A DNA stretch of 64,000 bases, taken from NCBI RefSeq assembly GCF_009914755.1, contig NC_060947.1; one strand, written 5' to 3'. Under the pieces are notes generated by a model, which searched no databases, was not told the DNA's origin, and saw only the letters and a program-made list of their open reading frames with translations. The DNA comes from the human T2T-CHM13v2.0 reference genome, Homo sapiens. Numbering within the stretch: the first letter of the stretch is position 1; the number at the start of each line of letters is the position of its first letter. This document shows positions 1 through 26,920 of this stretch, piece by piece. The translations under genes were made by a program, and so were the position numbers.

Positions 1-1714
1 AGCAATCCTCCCACCTCAGCCTCCTGAGTACCAGCTCAACTAGTTTTTGTATTTTTTGTAGAGACAGGGTTCTCCCTATATTGTCCAGGCTGGTCTGGAA
101 CTCCTGGGCTCAAGCAACCTGCCCACCTCAGCCTCCCAAAGTGGTGGGATTACAAGTATGAACCACTGCCTGGTTACATGTAGTATTGACCTTATATCCT
201 TCTGCATCTGTGATTGCATTTCCTTATATATATGTATGTGTAGTGTGTGTGTGTGTGTGTATGTGGTGTGTGTGTGTATCCTACTCATGTATTGCTGTAT
301 AACAGATTACCCCTCACCATGTTGGCAGAGGGTGTGCTTCTGTTGTACCAAATGGAAACCACCTGAGATGGCACCCATCACCTAGAAGCCACCCACCGAC
401 AAAGCCACGCTAACACTGAGGTACCAGAAATAAGGAAAGTCCTTATGACTCTGAGAGACCTGAAGGGGGTTTGTGGGGTGAGTGGTGGGGTCTGTTTGGT
501 AAGTAATGATATAGTCTATGAATACAATGATGGGGAAGTCTGTGGCCTGAGTGCTGGGGGTTCTGGCATCCTGTAGGCTGAGTGATGGACTCTGTGGGGT
601 TAGGTATGCAGCGTTGGGGCAGTGAGTGACAGGAGTGGCTCCATCATGGCTTACTGCATCCTTGACCTCCTGGGCTCAAGCAATCCTCCCACCTCAGCCT
701 CCTGAGTAGCTGGGACCACAGGCACGTGCCACGATGCCTGGCTAATTTTTTAGTTTTTTTGTAGAGGCGGGGTTTCACGTGCTGCCCAGGCTGGTCTTGA
801 ACTCCTGGGCTCAAGTGATCTGCCTGCTTCAACCTCCCAAAGTGCTGGGATTACAGGCATGACCCACCTCGCCTGGCCAATTTTCATTTCTCTAGGATAA
901 ATGCCCAAGAATGCAACTGCTACATTGTATGTTTAATTTTATAAGAAACTTACCAAACCATTTTCCAGGGCGGTTGTACCTTTCTGCATTAGCACTAGCA
1001 ATCTAAGAATGATCAAGTTTCTCCATATCCTAGACACCATTTGGTGTCACTATATTTTATTTCAGGTGCTCCAGTATATGTATACTGATATCTCATTGTA
1101 GTCAAAATTTGTATTTCACTAATGGCCAGTGATGTTGAACATCTTTTCATGTACTTATTTGCCACCTGTATACCCTCTTTAGTGAAATATCTCTTCATGT
1201 CTTTTGGCCATTTTCCAATTGGATTATTTGTTTTTATCCGACTGAGTTTTGAGAGTTCCTTAAATATTCTGGAAAGTGGTCCTTTGTGAGATATATAGTT
1301 TGCCAATACAGTTTGTTCAGGTAAATGATAGGCATTTTAAAATTTGTATGTCTATATCTGTGATTAGATCTATGCAATATATCTCACAAAGTATATATCT
1401 CAAAACACGTTTATGAGCCTAATGGGTTTTATAGCATTATTTCCTTATTATCTTTGTAATGGCTTTGTAAGATGTATAGTTTGCCAATATTTTCTCCCGG
1501 TCTGTAACTTGTCTTTTCACCTTCCATCTTCACATGAGATTTTATAGAATAAAAGTTTTACATTTTTGATGAGGGACAGTTGATCAAGTTTTCCTTTAAT
1601 AGATCATGCTTTTGGTGTCAAGTTTAAGAACTCTGGGCCGGGCGCAGTGGCTCATGCCTGTAATCCCAGCACTTTGGGAAGCTGAGGCGGGTGGATCATG
1701 AGGTCAAGAGATCA

Positions 1715-2360
<646 letters not shown>

Positions 2361-2889
2361 TCAGTTTTTCCCTATGGATCTCCACTTGCTCCAGCACCAG
2401 TTGTTGAAAAGTCTATCCTTCTCCATTATATTGCTTTTGTAACCATACTTGTGTGGGGCTTCTTCTGGGTTTTCTATTCTGTTTCATTGATTTATGTGCC
2501 AATTCCTCCACCAATACCGCACTGTCATGATTAATGTGGCTATATCGTAAGCTTTAATACTGAATAGAATGATTCCTTCTACTTTGTTCTTCTATCTCAA
2601 AATTGCCTTAGCTATTCTAGTTCCTTTGTCATTCCGTATTAATTTGAAACAATTATTGTCTATGTCTGTGAAAAATCTTTGTTGGGATTTTGATAGGAAT
2701 TGCATTAAACTTAGGTACCAATTTTGGGGAAAATGGGCATTTTTTTTTGAGATGGGGTCTCACTCTGTCACCTGGGTTGGAGTGTAGTGGGGCAATCTCG
2801 ATTCACTGCCTCCACCTCCCAGGCTCAAGTAATCATCCCACCTCAGCCTCTGAGTAGCTGGGACTACAGGCATGTGCCACCATGCCTAG

Positions 2890-3066
<177 letters not shown>

Positions 3067-4226
3067 TGAACACAGCATGCCTCTCCATTTATTTAGTCTT
3101 TTTTTATTTTATCAGGATTTCGTAATTTCATCATATAGATCCTGTGTAAGTTTTGTTAGGTGTACACCCACATATTTCCTTTTCTTAGGACTAATTGTAA
3201 GTTGTATTGTATTTTAAATGTCAGTTTCTATATGTTTATTGTTAGTATACAGTGTGATTGTTTTGCTTGTTGATCTTTTTTTTTTTAGAGATGGGGTCTC
3301 CCTCTGTTACCCAGGCTGGAGTACAGTGACACAGTCATAGCTTACTGCAACTTTGAACTCCTGGGCTCAAGGGACCCTCCCACGTAGCTGGGACGACAGA
3401 TGCATGCCACCATCCTTGGCCAACTCTGTTTCAGTAAAGATGGGGTCTTGCTATGTTGCCCAGGCTGGTCTCAAACTCCTGGCCTCAAGCAAGCCTCCTG
3501 CCTTAGCCTCTGGAATAGCCAGGATTACAGGTGCAAGCCACCACACCCAGCTCTTTCTTGTTTTTGCTTGTTGATCTTGTATTCAGCAATCTCACTGAGC
3601 TCCCTGATGAATTCTAGTCGGCTTTTTTTTTTCTGTAGATTTCTTGGGATATTTTACATAGATAATCATATCATTTACAAATAGGGACAGTTTTATTTTT
3701 CCCTTTACAATTGGTATGCTTGTATTACCTTCCTTGTGTTATGGTGACTAGAACTTTTAGTACTATGTTGAATAAGAATGGTGAGAGAAGGCCGGGTGTG
3801 ATGGCTCATGCCTGTAATCCCAGCACTTTGGGAGGCCAAGGAGGAGGATCACTTGAGTCCAGGAGTTGGAGACCAGCCTGGGCAATATGGTGAAACCCTG
3901 TCCCTACAAAAAACACAAAAATCAGCTGGGCATGGTGGCACACACCTGTGGCCCCAGCTACTTGGGAAGGCTGAGGTGGGAGGATCGCTTGAGCTTGAGA
4001 GGTCAAGACTGCAGTGAACTATAATCTCGCCACTGCATTCCAGCCTAGGTGACAGAGTGAGACCCTGTCAAAAAATAATAATAATAATAAATAATAATAA
4101 AAATAAAAAATAAAAAAAAGAAGAAAAGAAAAAGAATGGTGAGAGAAGACATTTTTGCTCCCTATCTTAGGGGGAATAATTCAGTCTTTCACCAATAATG
4201 TGATGTTAGCTGTAGGTTTTTTGTAG

Positions 4227-4647
<421 letters not shown>

Positions 4648-4871
4648 TAATGTGATTGTATAATTTTTCTTCTTAGGTTGTTAATATGGTGGATGATATT
4701 GATTGATTGTCAATATTGAACCAATATGCAATATTAAACCAATATTGCATATCTTGAATTAATCTCACTTGGTCATGGTTTATAGCTCTTTTAATACATT
4801 GTTGTATTTGGTTTGCTAATATTTTGTTGAGGATTTTTGTGTCTGGGTTCATAAAGGATATTGGTTTGCAG

Positions 4872-4874
4872 ATT

Positions 4875-4933
<59 letters not shown>

Positions 4934-4952
4934 CTCTCTCTCTCTCTCTCTT
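4872..4952. repeat. (TTTC)n(TC)n Alu-tail microsatellite
   Basis: Direct reading. Confidence 0.9.
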
Positions 4953-5295
4953 TCTTTTTTTCTTTTTTTAGATGAAGTCTCGCTCTATCACCCGGGCTGG
5001 AGTGCAGTGGCGCGATCTCGGCTCACTGCAATGTCCACCTCCCGGGTTTGAAGTGATTCTCCTGCCTCAGCCTCCCGAGTAGCTGGGATTACAGGTGTGC
5101 ACCACCACGCCCAACTAATTTTTGTATTTTTAGTAGAGACGGGGTTTCACCATATTGGTCAGGCTGGTCTCGAACTCCCGACCTCAGGTGATCTGCCCAC
5201 CTCAGCCTCCCAAACTACCGGGATTACAGGTGTGAGTCACCGCTCCCGGCCAGATTTATTGTTTAATGTTGGCATTGGCTGAGTGCAGTGGCTCA

Positions 5296-5672
<377 letters not shown>

Positions 5673-6002
5673 TTAATTCTTCTTTAAATGTTTGGTAGAA
5701 ATCTCCAGTGAAACCATCTAGATTTGGAGATTTCATTTCTTTGAGCTTTTAAATTATAAATTCATTTAAATTTATTTAATGGTCATTCAGATTATTTACT
5801 TCATCTTAGTTAAGTTTTGGTAGTTTGGGATATCTGAGGAATTGGTCCATTTTGTCTAAGTTATCAAGTTTATGAGCAGAACGTGTTTTGTAGTATTATT
5901 CTCTTATTATCTTTGTAATGTCTTCAGAATCAGCAATGATAAGCCCTATTTTATTTCTGATATTTGTGATTTGTGTCTTTTAATATTTGTCAGTCTTCCT
6001 AG

Positions 6003-6461
<459 letters not shown>

Positions 6462-7457
6462 TAGCTGGGACTACAGGTGTGCACCACCACACCCAGCTAA
6501 TTTTTTAATTTTTCTGTAGAGACAGGGTCTTACTATGTTGACCAGGATGGTCAAACTCCTGACCTCAAGGGATCCTCCCACCTTGGCCTCCAAAAGTGCT
6601 GGGATTACAGGCATGAGCTCAACCTGATTGTGTTTTGAACATCTTCTATAACCTTGCTGATTTATGTCTAGTAGTTATATAAGATGGGGAGCAGTGGGTA
6701 TTGATGTTTCCAACTATAATTGTGGATATAAGAATTTCTCCTTTTAGCTCTATCATTTTTTGCTTAATGTATTTTGAGGCTCTGTTGTTTAGTGCATAAA
6801 TAATTAGGATATTTATGATTTGCTGGTGGATTGATTGGTACTTCTATCATTATGCAATATTTCTCTTTTTCTCTAGTAATTTTCTTTTCTCTGAAGTCTA
6901 CCTTATCAGGTTTTAATAAAGCCACTTCATTATTTTTCATTAATATTTGCATGGTATAGCTTTTTTTTTTTTTTTTTTCTTTTTTGAGGCAAGGTCTTGC
7001 TCTGTTGCCCAGGCTGGAGTGCCGTGATGTGATTATGGCTCACTGCTGCTTCGACCTCCTGGGCTCAAATGATCCTCCCACCTCAGCCACCTGAGTAGCT
7101 GGGACCACAGGTATGCACCACCACACCCGGCTAATTTTTTGATTTTTTTGTAGAGATGAGGTCTGGCTATGTTATCTGGGCTGGTCTTGAACTCCTGGAC
7201 ACAAGCAATCCTCTTGCCTCAGCCTCCCAAAGTGCTGAGATTACAGGTATGAGCCACCCAGCCCGGCTAAATGTCTGTCTTTGAATTGGCATGTTTAGAC
7301 CATTTACATTTGAGGCAGTTATTGCTATGTCAACACTTGTGTTTTTCATTTTATTATTTGTTTTCTGTTTGTTTTCTTTGGTTCTTGGTCCTTTGTTTTT
7401 CTTGTCTTACTGTGGGTTACTTGAATACTTTTTAGAATTCTATTTTGATTTATTTAA

Positions 7458-9715
<2,258 letters not shown>

Positions 9716-9720
9716 CCTAT

Positions 9721-10411
<691 letters not shown>

Positions 10412-11398
10412 TAGGTACTAATAATTTCTCACTTTCTGTGAAATGTGGAAACCTCACTTTCATTTAGGTTCTTTACCTAACCCACTTTTAAATATCATTG
10501 CTTTAGTATCAAATGGTATTATAATTTTTGTTTCAATCATCAAATATGGTATATAAAACTCATGAGGCAAAGGAGAGTCTATTTTATGCACTCGTATTTC
10601 TGCTCTTTTCATTGAGCGTTTTTCCTTCCTGATGCTCCAAGAATTTTTCTTCTTTTCCTTTGTTTGTTTGTTTCTTTTTCTTTTTCTTTTTCTTTTTTTT
10701 GAGACAGGGTCTCACTCTGTTGTCCAGGCTAGAGTGCAGTGGTGCCATTATAATTCTCTGTAACCTTGAACTCCTGGGCCCAGGTGGTCCTCCTGCCTCA
10801 GCCTCTGGAGTTACTGAGACTACAGGAGTGCACCACCATGCCTAGCTAATTTTGAATTTTTTTGTAGAGATGGGGGTCTTGCTATGTTGCTCAAGCTAGT
10901 CTCAAACTCCTATCCTCAAGCAATCCTTCAGCCTCAGCCTCCCAAAGTGCTGGGATTACAGGTGTGAGCCACTGCACCTAGCTGAATCTTTCTTTTCTCA
11001 TTTTCTTTTTCTTTTCTTTTCTTTTTTTTTTTTTTGAAGAACTTCCTTAGTCAGTTGTTAAGGGTAGGCCTGCTAGCAACAGATTATTAAGTTTTCCTGT
11101 CTATGTCTTTATTTCCCTTTTTACCTGACAGTTTCACCAGATATAGAATTTGTAGTTGACAGCTCTTTTCTTTCCAGCACTTTGAAAAATGTTATGCTAC
11201 TTCCTCCTGACCTCCAGATGAGAAATCTCCTGTCTTTTTTTTTCCTTTTTTTTCCTGCTCAGGAAAGGAAGAATGCTGACATTTAAATTGATGTTCTGCT
11301 ATGAGTAATGCTTGTTTCTCTCTGGCTGCTTTCATGTTATTTTCATTTTCTTTAGCTTTCAAAAGTTTTTTTTTTGTTTGTTTGTTTTTGTTTTTTGA

Positions 11399-11715
<317 letters not shown>

Positions 11716-11870
11716 TGAGTTTATCCTCTTTGAGATTCCCTCTGCTTCTTGGATTTGTAGGTTTGTGTCCTTTGCCAAATTTGGGACATTTCATTCATTA
11801 TTTCTTCAAATTCTCTTTTGGCCTCATTGCCTTTCTTTTGTTGTGGGACTTCCATGGTATGAATACTGGG

Positions 11871-12796
<926 letters not shown>

Positions 12797-12978
12797 CTGG
12801 GTCTTTTGTTGTTGTCTCATAGGTTTTCGAAGCTCTGTTCAATATTTTCTGTCAGTTTTCACTCCTTTATTCATATTGGGTGAATTTTACTGATCTGTCT
12901 TCAAAAGTTAACTGATTCTATCTTCTGTCTTCTCCATTCTACTATTGAGCCCATCCAGTGAGATTTTTTTTTTTTTGA

Positions 12979-13263
<285 letters not shown>

Positions 13264-13633
13264 TGAGATTTAAAAAAATTTTTTTTTAATTTTGTTGTTG
13301 TTAATAGAAATGGGGTCTCACCATTTTCCTCAGGCTAGTCTCTAACACCTGGGCTCCCCACCTTGGCCTCCCAATGCTGGGATTACAGGTGTGAGCTACT
13401 GCCCCCGGCCGTGGTTTTTATTTCTGTTATTGCACTTTTCAGTTCTATATTTCCATTTTTTTGTATTAATAATTTCTATTTATTTGCTGGGATTTTTCTG
13501 TTTCCTTATTTGTTCCAAGAGAATTTGTAGAATTTGTAGTTGATTGCTGAAACTTTTTATGATGGCTGCTTTAAAACCCTTGTCAGATAATTCCATCATC
13601 TGAGTCATCTTTAAACAAAAAATTTTTTTTTTT

Positions 13634-13719
13634 AATTTGCATGTCATCCTTGCACAGGGGCCATGCTAATCTTCTCTGTATCATTCCAGTTTTAGCGTAT
13701 GTGCTGCCAAAGTGAGCAC
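13634..13719 (-). pseudogene. U6 snRNA retropseudogene, 3'-truncated (first ~86 nt)
   Basis: Reverse complement reads GTGCTCACTTTGGCAGCACATACGCTAAAACTGGAATGATACAGAGAAGATTAGCATGGCCCCTGTGCAAGGATGACATGCAAATT, then A11. A 14-bp TSD ATCTGAGTCATCTT lies at 13598-13611 and 13720-13733. Confidence 0.95.
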
Positions 13720-13829
13720 ATCTGAGTCATCTTGATGTTGGCGTGAGTTGGTTATCTTTTCGTATTCAAGTTGTGATTTTCTTGGTTCTTAGTATAATGT
13801 GTAATTTTCTATTGTATTCTGGCGATTTG

Positions 13830-14965
13830 TTTTTAATTAAAATTTTAAAATGGCCAAAAATTGTGTGTGTATATATATATATATATATATCTATAGTACA
13901 ACATAATGTTTTGAAATATATATACACTGTGGAATGGCTAAATTGAGCTAATTAACATGCATTACCTCACATATTTATCATGTTTTTGTGAGAATACTTG
14001 AAATCTATTCCCTTAGTAATTTATTTTATTTAATTAATTAATTTATTTATTTTGAGACAGGGTCTCACTTTGTTGCACAAGCTGGTGTGCAGTGGTGCAA
14101 TCTGGGTTCATCTCAGCCTTGACCTCCCGGGCTCAGGTGATCCTCCCACTTCATCCTCCTGAGTAGCTGGGACTACAGGCACCTGCCACCATGCCCGGCT
14201 AATTTTTGTATTTTTTGTGGAGACAGGGTTTCTCCATGTTGTCCAGGCTGGTCTTGAAGTCTTGGGCTCAAGTGGTCCTCCCGCCTCGGCCTCCCAAAGT
14301 GCTAGGATTACAGGCGTGAGCCACCACACCCGACCAGCAATTTTCAAGAATACAACACCACCAGGCACACGGTGGCTCATGGCTGTAATCCCAGCACATT
14401 GGGAGGCCAAAGCAGAAAGATCACTTGAGCCCAGGAGCTTGAGACCAGGCTGGGCAACATAGCAAGAACTCATCTCTACAAATAAAAAATTAGCTGGGCG
14501 TGGTGGTGCACACTTGTGTTCCCAGCTACTCAGGAAGCTGAGGCAGGAGGATCACTTGAGCCCAGGAGACCGAGGCTGTAGTGAGCCGTGATTACGCCAC
14601 TACACTCCAAAGACACAGGGAGACCCTGTATCTATTTAAAAAAAAAAAAAAGAGTACAGTACATTACTCTTAACTATAGTCACTGTGTTGTACAATAGAT
14701 CTCACTTATTCCTAACTGAAATATTGTATCCTTCACCAACATCTCTCCAACCCCCTTCACCCCCAGCCCCTAGTAACCACCATTCTACTCTCTGCTTCTA
14801 TGAGTTCAACTTTTTTAGATTCCACACATAAGTGAGACCATGTGATATTTGTCTTTCTGTGCCTGGCTTATTTCCTTATCATACTGTCCTCCAGGTTCAT
14901 TATATAATTTCCTTTGGTTATGTATCTAGTAGGGAGATTGCTGGATCATATGGTAATTCTATTTA
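13830..14965 (-). mobile_element. L1MA-type 3' end inserted in the older L1
   Basis: ctgtggaatggctaaattgagctaattaac...gtaaccaccattctactctctgcttctatgagttcaac are typical of the L1MA 3'UTR. Confidence 0.7.
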
Positions 14966-15528
14966 AATTTTTTTTGTGTGTGTGAGATAGGATATTGCCC
15001 TCTCCCCCAGGCGGGAGTGCAGTGGCACAATCAATCGCAGCTCACTATAGCCTCCACCTCTTGGGGTCAAGTGATCCTCTTGCCTCAGCCTCCCAAGTAA
15101 CTGGGATTACAGGCGTGTGCCACCACACCCAGCTAATATTTGTATTTTTTGTAGAGACAGGGTCTTGCTATGTTGCCCAGGCTGGTCTCTACCTCCTGGG
15201 CTCAAGTGATACTCCCTCCTTGGCCTCCCAAAGTCCTGGGACTACAGGTGTCAGCTACTGTGCCTGGCCTATTTTTAATTTTTTGAGGTGCATCCTGGTC
15301 TATTATGTTAGGAGACTCGGAGTCCTATTTAAGTCTTATTTTAGCAGGCAGTCACTCTATTTAGGTTTATCATGTAGGTTTTGGCCTAGTTTTTCTGCTG
15401 TGTTTCTAATGGCGGTTTAGTCTTCAGAGCCTTTGTGGTGTTATTTTTGTCTGTTTGGTCTATCTGGTACCTCTGAGGCTCCCACTTGTCTCTGCTGGTG
15501 CTGCCTGACGAAGCAGGGGAAATTTCTA

Positions 15529-15606
15529 CAGGCCAGGTCTCCACGTCTTTCTTTCTTTCTTTCTTTCTTTCTTTCAGGCCAGATCTCCACGTCTTTCTCT
15601 TTCTTT

Positions 15607-15661
<55 letters not shown>

Positions 15662-15714
15662 GGCCAGATCTCCACGTCTTTCTCTTTCTTTTCTTTCTTT
15701 CTTTCCTTCTTTTT

Positions 15715-15762
<48 letters not shown>

Positions 15763-15814
15763 TCCTTCAGGCCAGATCTCCACGTCTTTCTCTTTCTTTT
15801 CTTTTCTTTTCTTT

Positions 15815-15882
<68 letters not shown>

Positions 15883-15900
15883 TCCTTTCTTTTCTTTCTT
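15529..15900. repeat. Compound VNTR: four GGCCAG(A/G)TCTCCACGTC cores separated by (TTTC)n
   Basis: Cores at 15531, 15577, 15662 and 15770; the array forms the tail of the minus-strand Alu starting at ~15903. Confidence 0.9.
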
Positions 15901-16881
15901 TCTCAGAGTCTCACTCTGTCACCTGGGATGAAGGAGAGTGGCGTGATAATGGCTCACTGCAGGCTCGACCTCCTGGGCTCAAGTGATCCTCCTGCCTCAG
16001 CCTCTCGAGTAGCTGGGATCACAGGCATGTGATGTCACGCCTGGCTAATTTTTAATTTTTGGTAGAGGCAAGGTCTCCTCATGTTGCCCAGGCTGGTCTC
16101 GAACTCCTGGGCTCAAGCAATAGTCCCGCCTCAGCCTCCCAAAGTGGTAGGATTACAGGAGGGAGCCACTGCGCCCGGCCTCCGGGTGTTTCTTGATGAT
16201 GGGGCAATGTGATGAGGTCCCCCTACCCGTGCCTTCTGGCTGCCCAGGTGTCTCTGCAGGGAAGCAGAATCCCAGGCCTGCAAAGCCAGTGGGGCTTCTT
16301 GGGCCAGGATGCTTGTTGTAGTTGGGTCCCCTTGCTGGTGATGCCTGTTTGCCCCGGTGCCTCTGAGCAGGAGAGGGATTTTCTGAGTCTGGTCACCTGC
16401 TGTGGTTATATCATTTCTGCCAGTTTCACCTACTAGTCCCAGGCTTCCTGTTGGGAGAAGGGAGTCTCGGGTCTTCAAGGCACCTAAGGTAAGGGATTGT
16501 CCAGGCCTGGCCTCTTGCTATGGCTGTGTCTTTTTGATGCAGTACAGGTTGTCTCTATCCGCCTGGGCAGGGTGGGGTCGGGGGGAGGTCCCTTGTTGGG
16601 GAGGCTTATCCCTGGCCCTGTGGAGAAGGACAGCACTTTTCATGACCACTTATTGTTAGTGGGTTCCCGATCCACCCCCTCACTGTTGGTGTTGGGTTTA
16701 CCTCACGTTATCAGAGGGACTTCCCTTTCATCCAGGGGAGGAACTAGCCTATTGGGGCTGCCTTCCATGGCTTGGATCAGGGTCAGGAAATGCTGGGCTT
16801 GAGTTGCCTTCTTCTGGTGGGTGGGGGGACATAAGATGCCCTGTAGTAGTGCTGTTTCTCCAGTCTTGGAATCCTAAATGA

Positions 16882-17220
<339 letters not shown>

Positions 17221-17340
17221 TAGTTTCCCTTTGGTTGTCTCTTGTACTATTTCCAGGGTTGATAGTTGTGCTCAGCAGGAAGGAGCAGGGAGAAATAGGT
17301 CTATGTTATCTTGTCCAGACTGGAAATCTCTATTTTTTAA

Positions 17341-17607
<267 letters not shown>

Positions 17608-17742
17608 TAGTAGAGAAGGGGTTTCACTGTGTTAGCCAGGATGGTCTTGATCTCCTGACCTTGTGATCTGCCCGCCTTGGCCTCCCAAAGTGCTGGGATT
17701 ACAGGCATGAGCCACCGCACCTGGCCTTTTTTTTTTTTTTAA

Positions 17743-17847
<105 letters not shown>

Positions 17848-17993
17848 TGAGTAGCTGAGATTACAGGCATGCGTTACCATGCCGAGCTAATTTTTGTATT
17901 TTTAGTAGAGATGCAGTTTTACCATGTTGCCCAGGCTGATCTCAAACTCCTGACCTCAAGTGATCCACCTGCCTCAGCCTCCCCAAGTGCTAG

Positions 17994-18230
<237 letters not shown>

Positions 18231-18612
18231 TAGCCACGATGGTCTCCATCTCCTGACCTAATGATCCGCCCGCCTCGGCATCCCAAAGTGCTGGGATTAC
18301 AGGCGTGAGCCACCGCTCCCTGCCTTTTTTTTTTTTTTTTTTTTTTTTAGAGACAAGGTCTTGCTATGTTGGCCAGGGTAATCTCAAACTCCTGGCCTCA
18401 AGCAATCCTCCTGCCTTGGCCTCTGAAAGTGCTGGGATTACGGGTGTGAGCCACCATACCCAGCCCACAATGCTACTGTTGTCTGTCCTTGAATATGGGC
18501 TTCTGTCAGCAATTCACCCATCTTTCATACATCTTTAACTCTGGCCTCTATTAACTCTTATCATTCATGGTCCTCTGGTCTACAATACAAAATCATGTCT
18601 CTCTCAGCTTGA

Positions 18613-21816
<3,204 letters not shown>

Positions 21817-22139
21817 CAGCTCCATCACCATCAATGGCATGTTATTGAGGCTGGGTGCGGTGCCTCACCCCTGTAATCCTGGCACTTTGGGAGGCCAATA
21901 TGGGAGGATCACTTGAGCCCAGGAGTTTGAGACAAGCCTGGGCAACGTGGCAAAACTCTGTCTCTACAAAAATTAGCTGGGGTGTGGTGACTTGCACCTG
22001 TAGTAGCAGCTACTCAGGAGGCTGAGATGGGAGGATCACCTGAGCCTGGGAGGTCAAGGCTGCAGTGAGCTGTGGTCATGCCACTGCACTCCAGCCTGGG
22101 TGACAGAATGAAACCCTGTCTCAAAAAAAAGTCATGTTG

Positions 22140-23435
<1,296 letters not shown>

Positions 23436-23629
23436 TTCTTTTCCTTTTTGTGTCATCTGTCTGCAACCTCTCATGTTACATCTCCTCCCTGTCTTCCACT
23501 TGGGTTGGAAATTGAGGCTCCTGTTCTGTGTCAAAGTGATTTAGTCTCTCAGGCATTAAGATGCTTCATTCTTAATGATGTAATTTGAACCGCAAAATTA
23601 TTTCGCCTAGTGACAAGGATGTTCGCATT

Positions 23630-24190
23630 TCATTGGCCATGGAGACTAAAGCTTGCCTCCCACACAGAGCCATTGGCTAGCTGCACCATCTCTCCAAAGC
23701 AACCTCGGGCTGTGCCCCCACCCACTTCAAATACCTCCAGCTGTGCTATTTACCTGCACCCTCCCCGTCAGGCTATGTCCGTCCTGCCCCTTCCTTGCAC
23801 TGGACAATGGGGACTTCTGCTGATTTACAGATCAGGCAGCCTCATATTGACCTGGGAGACCAGAGCCTGTTTCTTATATTCAGCCATTAGCTAACTGCGC
23901 CTTCTGTCCACAGCTTCTCAAGCTAGGCTTTGGCTGCCTCGCTTCACATGGCAACGGGGTTAGTTACTACCTAGTAACAGTTTACCATGACTGCCATAGG
24001 CTGAAGAGACTAAAGCCCATCTTCTCGTGCATTCATTGGCTAACTATTTATAGCAACTCAGGTCCCTTTCACCCTGCACATAGCAACAGGGGCTTCTCCC
24101 TAGAACAGGCTGCTACTTCATCCCATTGGCCACCAGGAACCAGATCCCACCTCCCCGATGCAGCCACTGGTCAGCTGCACCATCTGTCTA
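23630..24190. promoter_or_regulatory. Cluster of CCAAT (NF-Y) boxes and RFX half-sites in a degenerate repeated module
   Basis: CATTGG or variants at 23631, 23671, 23885, 24034, 24124 and 24165; ATGGCAAC at 23948; GTTACTACCTAGTAAC at 23963-23978; two TAGCAAC at ~24051 and ~24081. Confidence 0.45.
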
Positions 24191-24382
24191 CAACTCCCCA
24201 GATTTGGTCTAGACAAGAAATCTCAAACTGCTGGTTTCTATGAACTCTGCTGCCACCACTGCTCATCTGGCTGGACCTCGAACTTGGTCATTTGTTATCT
24301 AATCCACCGTCAATAACTCCCTTGTCAAAATCTAAAATCTGGGCCCCTGTTAACATTTTCACCACTTCTGGACCAACTTTAA

Positions 24383-24674
<292 letters not shown>

Positions 24675-24845
24675 TGACCTCAATCTAGTGCTCTGATAAC
24701 TCTTCCACCATCACTGCCTTTCTGCAGCTTAGCATTCAGCCTTTAACTATTCCCCCAGCAATACCCCGCTGACCTGAAGCCTGAATCAGGCCTATTCATT
24801 TTTCCACCGTCAATACATACTAGGACTGATCTCAAACTTCACCTC

Positions 24846-26076
<1,231 letters not shown>

Positions 26077-26078
<2 letters not shown>

Positions 26079-26168
26079 GGGCTAGGACTAGGGTAAGGTG
26101 AGGGAGGCATTCGCCTTAAGTGTAAAATGTAAGGGGGTACCAAAAAAACTCAGTAATCAAGATCAATA
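26077..26168. mobile_element. hAT-Tip100-like DNA transposon end
   Basis: CAGGGCTAGGACTAGGGT...AAAAAACTCAGTAATCAAGAT terminal motif. Confidence 0.5.
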
Positions 26169-26533
26169 CCATTTGACTGATTGAGACAGTGTTTCGCTCT
26201 GTCCCTTAGGCTGCAGTGCAGTGGTGCGATCATGGCTCACTGCAGTCTGGACCTCCCAGGCTCAAGAGATCCTCCCACCTCCTCACCTCCTGAGTAGCTG
26301 GGACTACAGGTGCACGTCACCATGCGCAACTAATTTTGTTTATTTTTTGCAGAGACAAGGTATGTTGCCCAGGCTGGTCTCAAGTGATCTGCCCACCTCG
26401 GCCTTCCCCCAAATTCTGGGATTACAGGCGTGGACTATCGCGCCCAGCCAAGATCAATAACATTTTTTGTTTGTTTGAGATGGAGTCTCGCTCTTTCACC
26501 CAGGCTGGAGTGCAGTGATGTGATCTCGGCTAA

Positions 26534-26920
<387 letters not shown>

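Noticed and set aside
300-645. Unique-looking segment with a GAG|GTACCA donor-like site and G-rich TCTGTGGGGTGAGTG-like repeats
   Set aside because: Weak donor, no ORF or CpG support, at the window edge; cannot be assigned.
15433-16032. Hydrophobic F/L/S-rich ORFs, and a CRISPR-like repeat-spacer appearance
   Set aside because: Translations of (TTTC)n; the spacers are microsatellite rather than unique sequence, the DNA is eukaryotic and there are no cas genes.
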